A stretch of DNA of 42,940 bases from Bacteroidota bacterium (GTDB taxonomy: Bacteria; Bacteroidota; Ignavibacteria; Kryptoniales; JAKASW01). The stretch is from the NCBI GenBank assembly GCA_021789755.1, contig JAJYJD010000001.1, positions 1-42,940 on the forward strand, given 5' to 3'. Under the pieces are notes generated by a model. The model was given only the letters and a program-made list of their open reading frames with translations. It had not been told where the DNA came from and did no database searches. The translations under genes and the position numbers were made by a program. Numbering within the stretch: the first letter of the stretch is position 1; the number at the start of each line of letters is the position of its first letter. This document shows positions 17,523 to 25,800 of this stretch, in pieces.

Positions 17523-18764
17523 GTGTTCGAACTTGACACAGACAGACAGGGCCCGCGCATTAGAGTGGTGGGCATTGGAGGATGCGGTGGTAACGCTATC
17601 AACAGCATTGCCAAGCGAGGTATCCACGGTGTCGATCTGATCTCCATGAACACCGACATGCAGGATCTGGAGAGGAGTATCGCACCGAACAAAATCCAGA
17701 TCGGTAAGAACACGACGCGCGGGCTCGGTGCCGGGTCGAACCCGGAGATCGGCAGGCGGGCTGCTATCGAGGCACGCGACGAGATTTACCGGGCGCTCAA
17801 GGACAGCGACATGGTGTTCGTTACGGCCGGTATGGGCGGCGGAACCGGAACGGGAGCCGCGCCGGTGGTTGCGAGCATACTCAAGGGTGTCGACCGCGAC
17901 GATGTGAAGAAAGAGGGACAGGAAAATCCGGCTCCTCTTGTCGTCGCCGTCGTCACAAAGCCGTTCGTCAACGAAGCTAAGGAACGGATGCACAACGCCG
18001 ACTCAGGCATAGAAGAGCTGAAGAAATATGTCGATGCGCTGATCGTCATCCCCAACGAAAAGCTTCTTACAATATCCGACAAGTCCGCCGGGTACCTCGC
18101 GTCGCTTCAGAAAATATACGATGTCCTTTACGACGCCATCCGGGGAATATCCGAAATCATCACGAAGCCTGGTTTCGTCAACGTCGATTTTGCCGATGTA
18201 AGAACCGTCCTAGCCTCCAGGGGCGACGCCATCATCGGCACGGGGATCGCAGGAGGTGAAAGACGCGCGGCAGAGGCGGCCTCGGCTGCGATATCCAACC
18301 CGCTCCTCGAGGAAGTGTCGCTCGAGCGCGTCGAGGGAATACTTGTCAGCATCACCGCGGGCCCGAACTTCGGCCTCCACGAGTACGACGAGATCGTCAA
18401 GACCGTCCGCGGAGTCGCCAAGAACGGCGACGAAGAGACCAAGGTGATCGTCGGCGTATCGATAGACGAGAAGATCGAGAAGGATGTGATCGTGACGGTC
18501 ATAGCGGCGGGACTCAACAGCCGTCCGCAGCCGCTTCCCACTCCTACTCCCGACCCGAGGAAGCGACTTACGCTCAAGGACAGGGAAAGGGCAAAAGACC
18601 AGACCTGGAGTATAAAAGACTGGCGTTCCTTCGACGAGCCCACTTTCGAGCGGAACGGCATAAATATCCATCTCAACAAGCTCGACGAGGAAGAAGGGTC
18701 AACCGACACTCCAGCCCCAAAACCGGGCGAACGACCCGCATTCTTGAGAAAGGTCATGGACTAG
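17523..18764 (+). CDS. ftsZ: Cell division GTPase FtsZ
   Basis: GIGGCGGNAIN, the tubulin signature GMGGGTGTGAAPV, NVDFADV and the C-terminal peptide PAFLRKVMD are present. The GTG start is preceded by AGGAGG. Confidence 0.96.
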   Translation: MFELDTDRQGPRIRVVGIGGCGGNAINSIAKRGIHGVDLISMNTDMQDLERSIAPNKIQIGKNTTRGLGAGSNPEIGRRAAIEARDEIYRALKDSDMVFVTAGMGGGTGTGAAPVVASILKGVDRDDVKKEGQENPAPLVVAVVTKPFVNEAKERMHNADSGIEELKKYVDALIVIPNEKLLTISDKSAGYLASLQKIYDVLYDAIRGISEIITKPGFVNVDFADVRTVLASRGDAIIGTGIAGGERRAAEAASAAISNPLLEEVSLERVEGILVSITAGPNFGLHEYDEIVKTVRGVAKNGDEETKVIVGVSIDEKIEKDVIVTVIAAGLNSRPQPLPTPTPDPRKRLTLKDRERAKDQTWSIKDWRSFDEPTFERNGINIHLNKLDEEEGSTDTPAPKPGERPAFLRKVMD

Positions 18765-18794
18765 AGTCCGAAAAAACAGGATTGGATTAATCAC

Positions 18795-19529
18795 ATGGAA
18801 GCTTTAAACTCAGATACCGACATAAGGAAGATCTTTGCGATGGAAAAGCGCGAACTCAACATAATGATGATTGAGGACGATCCCGATATCCCGAAGCTGG
18901 CCCGTCTGTACCTGAAGCCTTACAAGGATGCGGAGTTCAACCTTGTCTGGGTTGAGACCGGCGAGGACGCGCTTAAATTCCTCCAGGACAGCCAGAACCT
19001 GGACATCATCCTTGTAGACTTTCAGCTCCCGGGCATGAACGGCCTGGAAACTACGCGCGTGATCCGGGAAAAAGGAGTGCGAGTTCCAATCGTTTTCCTT
19101 ACGAACGCAATCGACTTCAAGATCGCGATCGAGGCGATGAAGCTTGACGTGGAAGATTACCTTCTCAAAGAAGAGGCGATCACGTCGATACTCCCGAGCA
19201 TCATACTGAACGTTGTCGAACGGGTTAGGCTGCGCGAGAAGCTCGCAGAGGCGGAGATGAACAAGTTAGCCCAGCGCGAGAGGATCGACGGAATAAAGAG
19301 CCTCATCGTGACGATCTCACACGAGCTCAACAACCCGCTCGCGGCTTTGAAACTGGCGATCAACGTCCTCCAGCGGAAACAGATTCCGCCGGACATCCTG
19401 AGCTACCTCGCCATCATGAAAGAGAACACGGAGCGGATCGAAGGAGTCGTGGCGAAGCTGAGGGACCTGAAGGGTGATAAGGTCACTGCGTATATCGGAA
19501 ACATTAAGATGATAGATCTGTCTGAATGA
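18795..19529 (+). CDS. Receiver (REC) domain protein fused to a HisKA-type dimerisation/phosphoacceptor (DHp) domain, with no ATPase domain
   Basis: REC motifs are present (IEDD, ILVDFQLPGMNG, FLTN, AMKLDVEDYLLK). An H-box follows (ISHELNNPLAAL), and the protein ends ~60 aa later without N/G1/F/G2 boxes. An alternative start is the ATG at 18840. Confidence 0.8.
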   Translation: MEALNSDTDIRKIFAMEKRELNIMMIEDDPDIPKLARLYLKPYKDAEFNLVWVETGEDALKFLQDSQNLDIILVDFQLPGMNGLETTRVIREKGVRVPIVFLTNAIDFKIAIEAMKLDVEDYLLKEEAITSILPSIILNVVERVRLREKLAEAEMNKLAQRERIDGIKSLIVTISHELNNPLAALKLAINVLQRKQIPPDILSYLAIMKENTERIEGVVAKLRDLKGDKVTAYIGNIKMIDLSE

Positions 19530-19533
19530 ACGA

Positions 19534-20886
19534 ATGGCAGAGCTCCTGAATGCACTCGTCGTCGACGATGAAAAGAACGTATCGGATCTATTAAAGCTCC
19601 AGCTTGACGAAGTAGGGTATTCGGTAGACGTAGCAAACGACGGCGCGGCGGGCATCAACAAAATCCAGGCGAAGCGGTACGACGTGATACTGCTCGACCT
19701 AAAGATGCCGCGGGTTAACGGGATAGAAGTCCTCAAATTCGCCAAAGAAAACCAACCTGATGCACAGGTGATCATTTTGACCGGCTACGGCGATATCAAG
19801 ACCGCCGTCGACACGATCAAGATGGGTGCATTCGATTTCATCACAAAGCCTTATAATTTCGACGAGCTCATGGTTTCGGTGAACAACGCAATGGAGATGC
19901 GCCGCCTCATCGTTGACAACAGGGTCATGAAGATGCAGCTCGGCCAGGGGAAATTTGAGCTCGTCGGCCAGAGCGCGGCGCTTCAAAAAGTGGTCGAAAT
20001 CGCACTGAAGGTCGCGCCGAGCGACGCTTCCGTCTTAATCACCGGGCCCAGCGGGTCGGGAAAAGAACTGATAGCTCACCTGATACACGAGAACAGCGAA
20101 CTCTCCAAGAAGCCGTTCGTCGCACTGAACTGCGCGTCGATACCGGACACGCTGATCGAGAGCGAACTCTTCGGGCACGAAAAGGGAGCATTCACCGACG
20201 CGCATTCGCTCAAGCAGGGGCTTGCAGAAATTGCCGACGGCGGGACGCTGTTCCTCGACGAGGTCGGAGACATCAGCTACCTCGTACAGCCGAAACTTCT
20301 GAGGTTCATAGAGACCGGCACATTCCGCCGCGTCGGCGGGACCGTCGAGATGTCCGTGAACGTCCGCATCCTCTCTGCGACAAACAAGGACCTGGAGCGC
20401 GAGGTCGATGAAGGGAAATTCCGCGAAGACCTGCTTTATCGTCTGAACGTCGTTCATGTCGAGGTGCCTCCCCTTGGCCAGCGCCGTGAAGACATACCGC
20501 TGCTTGTCGAGCACTTCCTTCAGAAGAAGCAGCGCACTCACCGGGCAAAGAGAATATCGAAAGAGGCTCTGAAGCTGCTTGTGCAGTACGATTGGCCCGG
20601 CAACATCCGCGAGTTAGAGAACGTGATCGAGCGGGCCGCGATTCTCGCGAGCGGAGACGAGATAACACCCGATTTTATCGCCCTCTCTTCCAAATCGAGG
20701 ACCACGGACCTCCGCAGGATACCGACACGCCTGTCACTCGCAGAGCTGGAGAAGATTCACATCGAGAACGTTCTGAAGGCCAACGGCTTCAATCGCAACA
20801 AATCCGCGAAGGCATTGGGGATAAGCCTTAAAACGCTTTACCTCAAGATAAAGCACTACGGCATAGAGACGCCAGCCGGAAGGTAG
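19534..20886 (+). CDS. Sigma54-dependent response regulator (NtrC family: REC plus AAA+ plus Fis-type HTH)
   Basis: REC motifs are VVDDE and ILLDLKMPRVNG. The AAA+ domain has Walker A GPSGSGKE, Walker B TLFLDEVGD and the GAFTGA-loop variant GAFTDA. The C-terminal HTH is NKSAKALGISLKTLYLKIK. The gene starts 5 nt after the preceding gene. Confidence 0.92.
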   Translation: MAELLNALVVDDEKNVSDLLKLQLDEVGYSVDVANDGAAGINKIQAKRYDVILLDLKMPRVNGIEVLKFAKENQPDAQVIILTGYGDIKTAVDTIKMGAFDFITKPYNFDELMVSVNNAMEMRRLIVDNRVMKMQLGQGKFELVGQSAALQKVVEIALKVAPSDASVLITGPSGSGKELIAHLIHENSELSKKPFVALNCASIPDTLIESELFGHEKGAFTDAHSLKQGLAEIADGGTLFLDEVGDISYLVQPKLLRFIETGTFRRVGGTVEMSVNVRILSATNKDLEREVDEGKFREDLLYRLNVVHVEVPPLGQRREDIPLLVEHFLQKKQRTHRAKRISKEALKLLVQYDWPGNIRELENVIERAAILASGDEITPDFIALSSKSRTTDLRRIPTRLSLAELEKIHIENVLKANGFNRNKSAKALGISLKTLYLKIKHYGIETPAGR

Positions 20887-20997
20887 CGGCGATAAGGAGT
20901 CCGAGTTCCCTTGATTACTCCTTCCTCCGTTTGTTCCGTTACGATCACCCGCCGGTTCAATCGCTTAAAATCTAAATTTACCTGAAAGCCAGTTTAC

Positions 20998-21801
20998 ATG
21001 CAGAAGAGATACCTCGACAGATACAGATATTTCAAAGAGCAGGAGTACACTACCGCAAAGTACGTCATGCCGTTCGTATCCGAAGTCATGAATATTAACG
21101 AAGGAACGTCGGTTCTCGAGATCGGATGCGGCGAGGGAGGCAATCTCAAACCCTTTTTGGACATGGGATGCAAAGTCACCGGGATCGACATCGACAAAAT
21201 CCAAATACAGAACGCAGAGAAGTTTTTTGAAAGGCATGAGAAGCGGGAGAATCTGAAGTTGTTCGCCGCGGATATCTATGCTGTCGACGATCCGGCTCTT
21301 AAATTCGATCTCGTAATGATGAGGGACGTTGTGGAACACATCCGCGATCAGGAAAAATTCATGAACTTCGTGAAGAAATTCTTCAAAGCCGGAGGGAAAC
21401 TTTTTATCGGGTTTCCGCCATGGCAGAATCCGTTCGGCGGCCACCAGCAGTCGTGCAACAGCCAGGTGCTGCAAAGGACTCCGTTCATCCACCTGCTGCC
21501 CCCCGCAATGTACAAAGGATTGATGAAGCTCTTCGGAGAAAGCGATGAAACCGTCGCGGCGATGATGGAAATAAGGAGCACCGGGATCACAATAGAGAGG
21601 TTCAGGAAAATTCTTGCAGATGAGAACTATTCGGTTGACAGGGAAATCTTTTACTTCATTAATCCAAATTACGAGATAAAATACAGGCTGAAACCGGTGA
21701 GGCAATCACGCATCATCGCTTCTATCCCGTACGTGCGTGACTTCCTCACCACTACATTTTACTGCGTCGTGTCGCCTGAGAATTCCGGTTCAAACTTATA
21801 G
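20998..21801 (+). CDS. Class I SAM-dependent methyltransferase
   Basis: The SAM-binding motif I VLEIGCGEGGN, followed by an acidic residue (GIDID), and motif II/III spacing all fit. The substrate is unknown. Confidence 0.8.
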   Translation: MQKRYLDRYRYFKEQEYTTAKYVMPFVSEVMNINEGTSVLEIGCGEGGNLKPFLDMGCKVTGIDIDKIQIQNAEKFFERHEKRENLKLFAADIYAVDDPALKFDLVMMRDVVEHIRDQEKFMNFVKKFFKAGGKLFIGFPPWQNPFGGHQQSCNSQVLQRTPFIHLLPPAMYKGLMKLFGESDETVAAMMEIRSTGITIERFRKILADENYSVDREIFYFINPNYEIKYRLKPVRQSRIIASIPYVRDFLTTTFYCVVSPENSGSNL

Positions 21802-21965
21802 CGCGCTGATCTCTTCCGAACCGGCCGGATTGACACGGAGGCTGTGACCGTAGATGAATCAAGAGAACCGTTGAAAATCCCGCCGGAGGAGGTATCACCC
21901 TTTCAGCTGCGCAATTCTTTCAAGTTGATGTAACACCTTTGCACGATTGCCCACCGACATTTCAG

Positions 21966-23012
21966 TTACTTCAAAACAGTCTTGCCGTCACACTCGACCG
22001 ACTTCAGTTTTGCGATATTCAGGTTCCGGATCCGTTTGGGAAGCGGCGCGTAATCGAGTTGGGCTGAATATTTCTGACCGTCTGTCACCGCCCACTTTAT
22101 GAACTGTAAGAGCGCCTCGGCTTCCCTGTAGTTCGTCTGTTCTTTGTAGACGAGAAGCCATGTCGCACTGGAGATCGGGTATGATTCTGTCCCGGGAGCG
22201 TTGGTTATGGAAAACCGGAGATCTTCCGGAAGGCTTTTTGCGGCGCCGGCAAGCGCGGCAGTCACGCCCGAAATAGAAGGATGAACGTACACGCCTGCCG
22301 CATTCTTTATGTCCGCGTAAGAAATGTCGTTCTGAAGTGCGTAGATGAGCTCCACGTATCCGATCGCGCCGGGCGTGCGAGAGACCTGTCCGGAGACTCC
22401 GTCGTTTCCCTTGCCGCCGATGCCCACAGGCCAGTTCAGGCTTGTAGACTTGCCGACCTTATCTTTCCATTCGGAGCTGACTTTGGAGAGATAATCTGCA
22501 AAAATGTACGTCGTTCCGCTGCCGTCCGCTCTGTGGACAACCAAAATCCTGGTGCCCGGGAAATTGACTCCGGGATTCAGCGCTTTGATTCTCGGGTCAT
22601 TCCATGTAGATATTTTCCCGAGATAAATATCAGCGACCGTTGGCCCGTCGAATCTCAATGTTTGTGTCACGCCCGGTATGTTGTACACCACCACAACCGC
22701 TCCGAGTGTTTCCGGGATATGGAGGACTTCACCGTGTGCCTTTTTTGCATCTGCCAGCTGTTCATCGGTCATCGGGGCATCGCTGGCTCCGAATTCGACG
22801 GTCCCGGCAATGAGCTGCCTTATTCCGCCTCCGCTGCCGATAGCCTGGTAATTGATCTGGATTTCCGGTTTCAATTTGTGATATTCGTTCGACCATTTTG
22901 AAATGAGCGGGTAAGGGAATGTCGCTCCCGCCCCGTTAAGAATTGTCTGCCCCTTTGTCCCTGACATGGAAATTAGGACAAGCGCCACTGCCGTCACGAC
23001 TCGCATTAGCAT
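21966..23012 (-). CDS. pstS: Phosphate ABC transporter substrate-binding protein PstS (paralogue 2)
   Basis: After a signal peptide come GAGATFPYPL...YQAIGSGGG...GASDAP and RADGSGTT, typical of PstS. An AGGAGG Shine-Dalgarno sequence lies 6 nt upstream. Confidence 0.92.
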   Translation of the reverse strand: MLMRVVTAVALVLISMSGTKGQTILNGAGATFPYPLISKWSNEYHKLKPEIQINYQAIGSGGGIRQLIAGTVEFGASDAPMTDEQLADAKKAHGEVLHIPETLGAVVVVYNIPGVTQTLRFDGPTVADIYLGKISTWNDPRIKALNPGVNFPGTRILVVHRADGSGTTYIFADYLSKVSSEWKDKVGKSTSLNWPVGIGGKGNDGVSGQVSRTPGAIGYVELIYALQNDISYADIKNAAGVYVHPSISGVTAALAGAAKSLPEDLRFSITNAPGTESYPISSATWLLVYKEQTNYREAEALLQFIKWAVTDGQKYSAQLDYAPLPKRIRNLNIAKLKSVECDGKTVLK

Positions 23013-23126
23013 ATTAAGCCTCCTGACTATTGTTTAATTAATCTCTTTGTGAATTCTTATGCAACAAGATCGCGCACAATTTGCCCTTATGCTCGAATAT
23101 AAATTAGCAAAGCGGTGTGATATCCG

Positions 23127-23154
23127 GGTTAATCTCGTATTAAGGATTTGTGAA
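23127..23154 (-). promoter_or_regulatory. Pho-box-like hexamer direct repeats upstream of pstS paralogue 2
   Basis: The minus strand reads TTCACAaatccTTAATAcgagaTTAACC. These are three TT(A/C)A(C/T)A-like hexamers at 11-bp phasing. Confidence 0.4.
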
Positions 23155-23257
23155 GGGTTTACCGCAAAGATACTGAGGCGCCGAGAAGGGGTGTCATAAT
23201 TCCGACGGATCGGCGCGATGAAGTTTCTCCTTTGCGTCTTGGCGGTGAAATCCCGAC

Positions 23258-23301
23258 AAAAAAAAGAGCGGAGCCCGCAGTTTTCAGGCCGCTGGCCCCG
23301 C
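23258..23301 (-). terminator. Rho-independent terminator after pstS paralogue 1
   Basis: The minus-strand RNA is GCGGGGCCAGCGGCC-UGAAAA-CUGCGGGCUCCGC followed by UCUUUUUUUU. The stem is ~13 bp with G-U pairs and one mismatch. Confidence 0.75.
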
Positions 23302-23333
23302 ATCCTCTTGCCCCAAAAATCGGGTGGGAGTAC

Positions 23334-24377
23334 TTACAACAGACTCTTTCCTTTGTAATTGACCTTACGAAGAAGGTTGAGCTCAAGCTTCTGGATCGGT
23401 CCGGGTATTGGCGCGTAGTCCAGTGCCGGTTCCATCTTCTGTCCTTCGGTCAGAACCCAGTGGAGGAACTGTACGGTTTCCTTTGCCACCGTGTAGTTTG
23501 TCTGGTTGACGTAGACGATGAGCCATGTGGCGCTCGAAATCGGATATGACGTCTTGCCGGGAGCGTTAGTGATGGAGAATCTGAGGTCCTTCGGCACAAT
23601 CCTGGCGGCGTTCGCGGCAGCAGCGCTGACGCTTTCAATTGTCGGATGAATATAAATTCCGTCAGCATTCTTGACGGAACCGAAAGGAACGTTGTTCTGA
23701 AGCGCGTAGATCAGGGTCACGTATCCTATCGAATAGGGAGTTTGCTCGACTTGTCCGGTGACTCCTTCGTTTCCTTTGGCGCCCAAGCCGACCGGCCAAT
23801 CAACGCTGGTACCCCTGCCGACTTTGGTGTTCCATTCCTTCGAGACTTTGCAGAGGTAGTCGACGAAGATATATGTGTCGCCGCTGCCGTCGGAGCGATG
23901 GACGACAATAATAGGCCTGTTCGGGAGGTCTACGCCGGGGTTCAACGCCTTGAGGGCGGGATCATCCCAGGTTTTTATTTTGCCGAGGAATATATCTGCG
24001 ATTGCCTCGCCCGTGAACTTAAGTGTGGCGCTGACGCCGGGAACATGATAAGTTACCGCCACGGCACCCATCGCCTCGGGAAGGTGGATTACCGGACCGT
24101 TTGCTTTTTCGGCGGCCGCGATCTGCTCGTTGTTCAGCGGCGCATCGCTTGCACCTATCTCCACCGTACCGGCCAGCAGCTGGTTGATTCCGCCGCCGCT
24201 GCCGATCGACTGGTAGTTGAACTCGATATCCGGGTGCATCTTGTGATAAACATCCGTCCACTTCGAAAACATCGGATAGATGAAGGTTGATCCCGCTCCG
24301 TTGATAAGTGTCTGCGCCTTCAGCATCGAAGTCGATGCAAGCAGGCCAACCAATGTGATCAAAACTTTTTTTAGCAT
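23334..24377 (-). CDS. pstS: Phosphate ABC transporter substrate-binding protein PstS (paralogue 1)
   Basis: The PstS motifs GAGSTFIYPM, YQSIGSGGG, GASDAP and RSDGSGDT are present. I place the start at the ATG at 24377 (MLKKVLITLVGLLAS signal peptide, AGAGGAG Shine-Dalgarno upstream) rather than the ORF-track 24428. Confidence 0.9.
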   Translation of the reverse strand: MLKKVLITLVGLLASTSMLKAQTLINGAGSTFIYPMFSKWTDVYHKMHPDIEFNYQSIGSGGGINQLLAGTVEIGASDAPLNNEQIAAAEKANGPVIHLPEAMGAVAVTYHVPGVSATLKFTGEAIADIFLGKIKTWDDPALKALNPGVDLPNRPIIVVHRSDGSGDTYIFVDYLCKVSKEWNTKVGRGTSVDWPVGLGAKGNEGVTGQVEQTPYSIGYVTLIYALQNNVPFGSVKNADGIYIHPTIESVSAAAANAARIVPKDLRFSITNAPGKTSYPISSATWLIVYVNQTNYTVAKETVQFLHWVLTEGQKMEPALDYAPIPGPIQKLELNLLRKVNYKGKSLL

Positions 24378-24449
24378 CACGTAGCTCCTCTTTGTTTTTG
24401 ATTTTTCCAGATTCATTCCAAATTTCAACGACTGCCCATTGTACCGTGT

Positions 24450-25484
24450 TTAGAAGCTGATGAAGAAAGTCGCTTTTGCCAATACGTCGGGCTTTGAACC
24501 TGACAGCCCGTAGGCTACATACTCAACATTCGGCATGAAGTGAACGTTCTTCCTTACACTCCAGTCCAGGCCACCAAGGATTAGACTCTGTGTGCTATTG
24601 CCAAAAGTTGTATTTTTCGTGTCCGCGTTCGGCGTGTAATTATCGTACCTCGCGACGAGGCGCAGCTGGTCCATCAATGCAACCCAGCCGTTCAGGCTGA
24701 GACCGTTCCGCTTCAGCGTAGAACCGCCGGCCGTCAAACCGTTCAGGAAATACTGCGCACCCAGGCTGAAGGAACTGTTAGCGTAGTTGACTATCAAGTC
24801 TCCGACTCTGTCGAATGCGTTCGGGCCCGCGCCGTTGTATTGACCGTTCAGCAATATTGTCAGCTCTTTCATCGGATTGAATTGCAGATAGAGATAAGCG
24901 GCTTTGTACTTGCTGTTGACAGTTTGAATGCTGTTGCCGCTGTTGTTTCCGATAAGCAGTCCCGCAGTGAAGGCATCGGAGAACTTCTGGTTATACGATA
25001 TTCCCATGTCCCTGGATTGGGAAATTCCATGCAAGTCCTCAATCGTCTTCTCCAGCGGCCTGTATCCGAATATTCCTTCCGCCATGTTGATCTGGGGAGT
25101 CCCCTGCAAACCGATTATGATGTTGCCACCATCGGTCACGTTCTTCCAGTTGATGAAGGCGTCCTTGATCATGGTGGACAACTTTCCATTGGGATAGCTT
25201 GATGCGCTCGGGTCTGACTCTAAGCGGAACTGAGCGGTAAAATCCTGGGCAATGTCATAGGCTGCAGTCAGGTAAATACGTCTGTAATCGAACGCCTGCA
25301 TATCCTTTGTCAGCGCGCCCGTAGTGGAATAAATCGAGGTCGGATTAACGGACGTATTCGCCGCGTCATGCCCCATAACGTAGTAGTAATCGCCGAAAAA
25401 CAAACCTGAGAATTTCGGGAGGTTCTGCCCGAATGACACTCCTGCAAGAAGCAGAAGAGCCGCAAAGACGTAAACAGATCGCAT
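24450..25484 (-). CDS. Outer-membrane beta-barrel porin (context suggests a phosphate-selective OprO/P-like porin)
   Basis: The protein has a signal peptide MRSVYVFAALLLLAGVSFG, alternating beta-strand-like sequence throughout and a C-terminal aromatic residue (FFISF). It lies directly upstream of pstS. Confidence 0.65.
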   Translation of the reverse strand: MRSVYVFAALLLLAGVSFGQNLPKFSGLFFGDYYYVMGHDAANTSVNPTSIYSTTGALTKDMQAFDYRRIYLTAAYDIAQDFTAQFRLESDPSASSYPNGKLSTMIKDAFINWKNVTDGGNIIIGLQGTPQINMAEGIFGYRPLEKTIEDLHGISQSRDMGISYNQKFSDAFTAGLLIGNNSGNSIQTVNSKYKAAYLYLQFNPMKELTILLNGQYNGAGPNAFDRVGDLIVNYANSSFSLGAQYFLNGLTAGGSTLKRNGLSLNGWVALMDQLRLVARYDNYTPNADTKNTTFGNSTQSLILGGLDWSVRKNVHFMPNVEYVAYGLSGSKPDVLAKATFFISF

Positions 25485-25525
25485 GAGGTTTCTATCTCCT
25501 TTTTTGTTTACAATCTACCGGCGGG

Positions 25526-25554
25526 CTGTAACTTGGGTATTAAAAGTGTGTTAA
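25526..25554 (-). promoter_or_regulatory. Pho-box-like hexamer direct repeats upstream of the porin-pstS unit
   Basis: The minus strand reads TTAACAcacttTTAATAcccaagTTACAG. This is ~40-70 nt upstream of the porin ATG, downstream of the radical SAM terminator. Confidence 0.4.
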
Positions 25555-25745
25555 GGATATATGAAGACGATTCGGCAGGAGATTATGGCCGGTGGAAAGG
25601 TAATAAGGAGATAATGTTTAGCGGTGCGGAATGCTGCGCAGGGGGAGAATATTGGAACGACGGACGATGTGACGGCCGCTTGCTCCCGATTTTCCATCCG
25701 GATGGTGACGAGCGCCTATTCATTACCGACTCTAGTCACCAAATG

Positions 25746-25777
25746 AAAAAAGGGAACACCATAGAGGTGGTGTTCCC
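25746..25777 (-). terminator. Rho-independent terminator after the radical SAM gene
   Basis: The minus-strand RNA is GGGAACACC-ACCUCUAU-GGUGUUCCC followed by UUUUUU. The 9-bp stem is perfect and begins 24 nt after the stop codon. Confidence 0.85.
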
Positions 25778-25800
25778 TTCGATCGAGGAGATGGAGCCAG

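Noticed and set aside
20894-20923. Possible terminator after the NtrC-type gene (AAGGAGT...ACTCCTT)
   Set aside because: The stem is only 7 bp with a 16-nt loop and a weak, interrupted T-tract. This is too weak to call.
20887-20997. Search for a sigma54 promoter (TGGCAC-N5-TTGCA) downstream of the NtrC-type activator, and at TGGCA sites elsewhere (for example 28886, 36184, 27361)
   Set aside because: None of the TGGCA occurrences has a GC dinucleotide at the required 10-nt spacing with a TTGC-like -12 element. No sigma54 promoter can be supported in this window.
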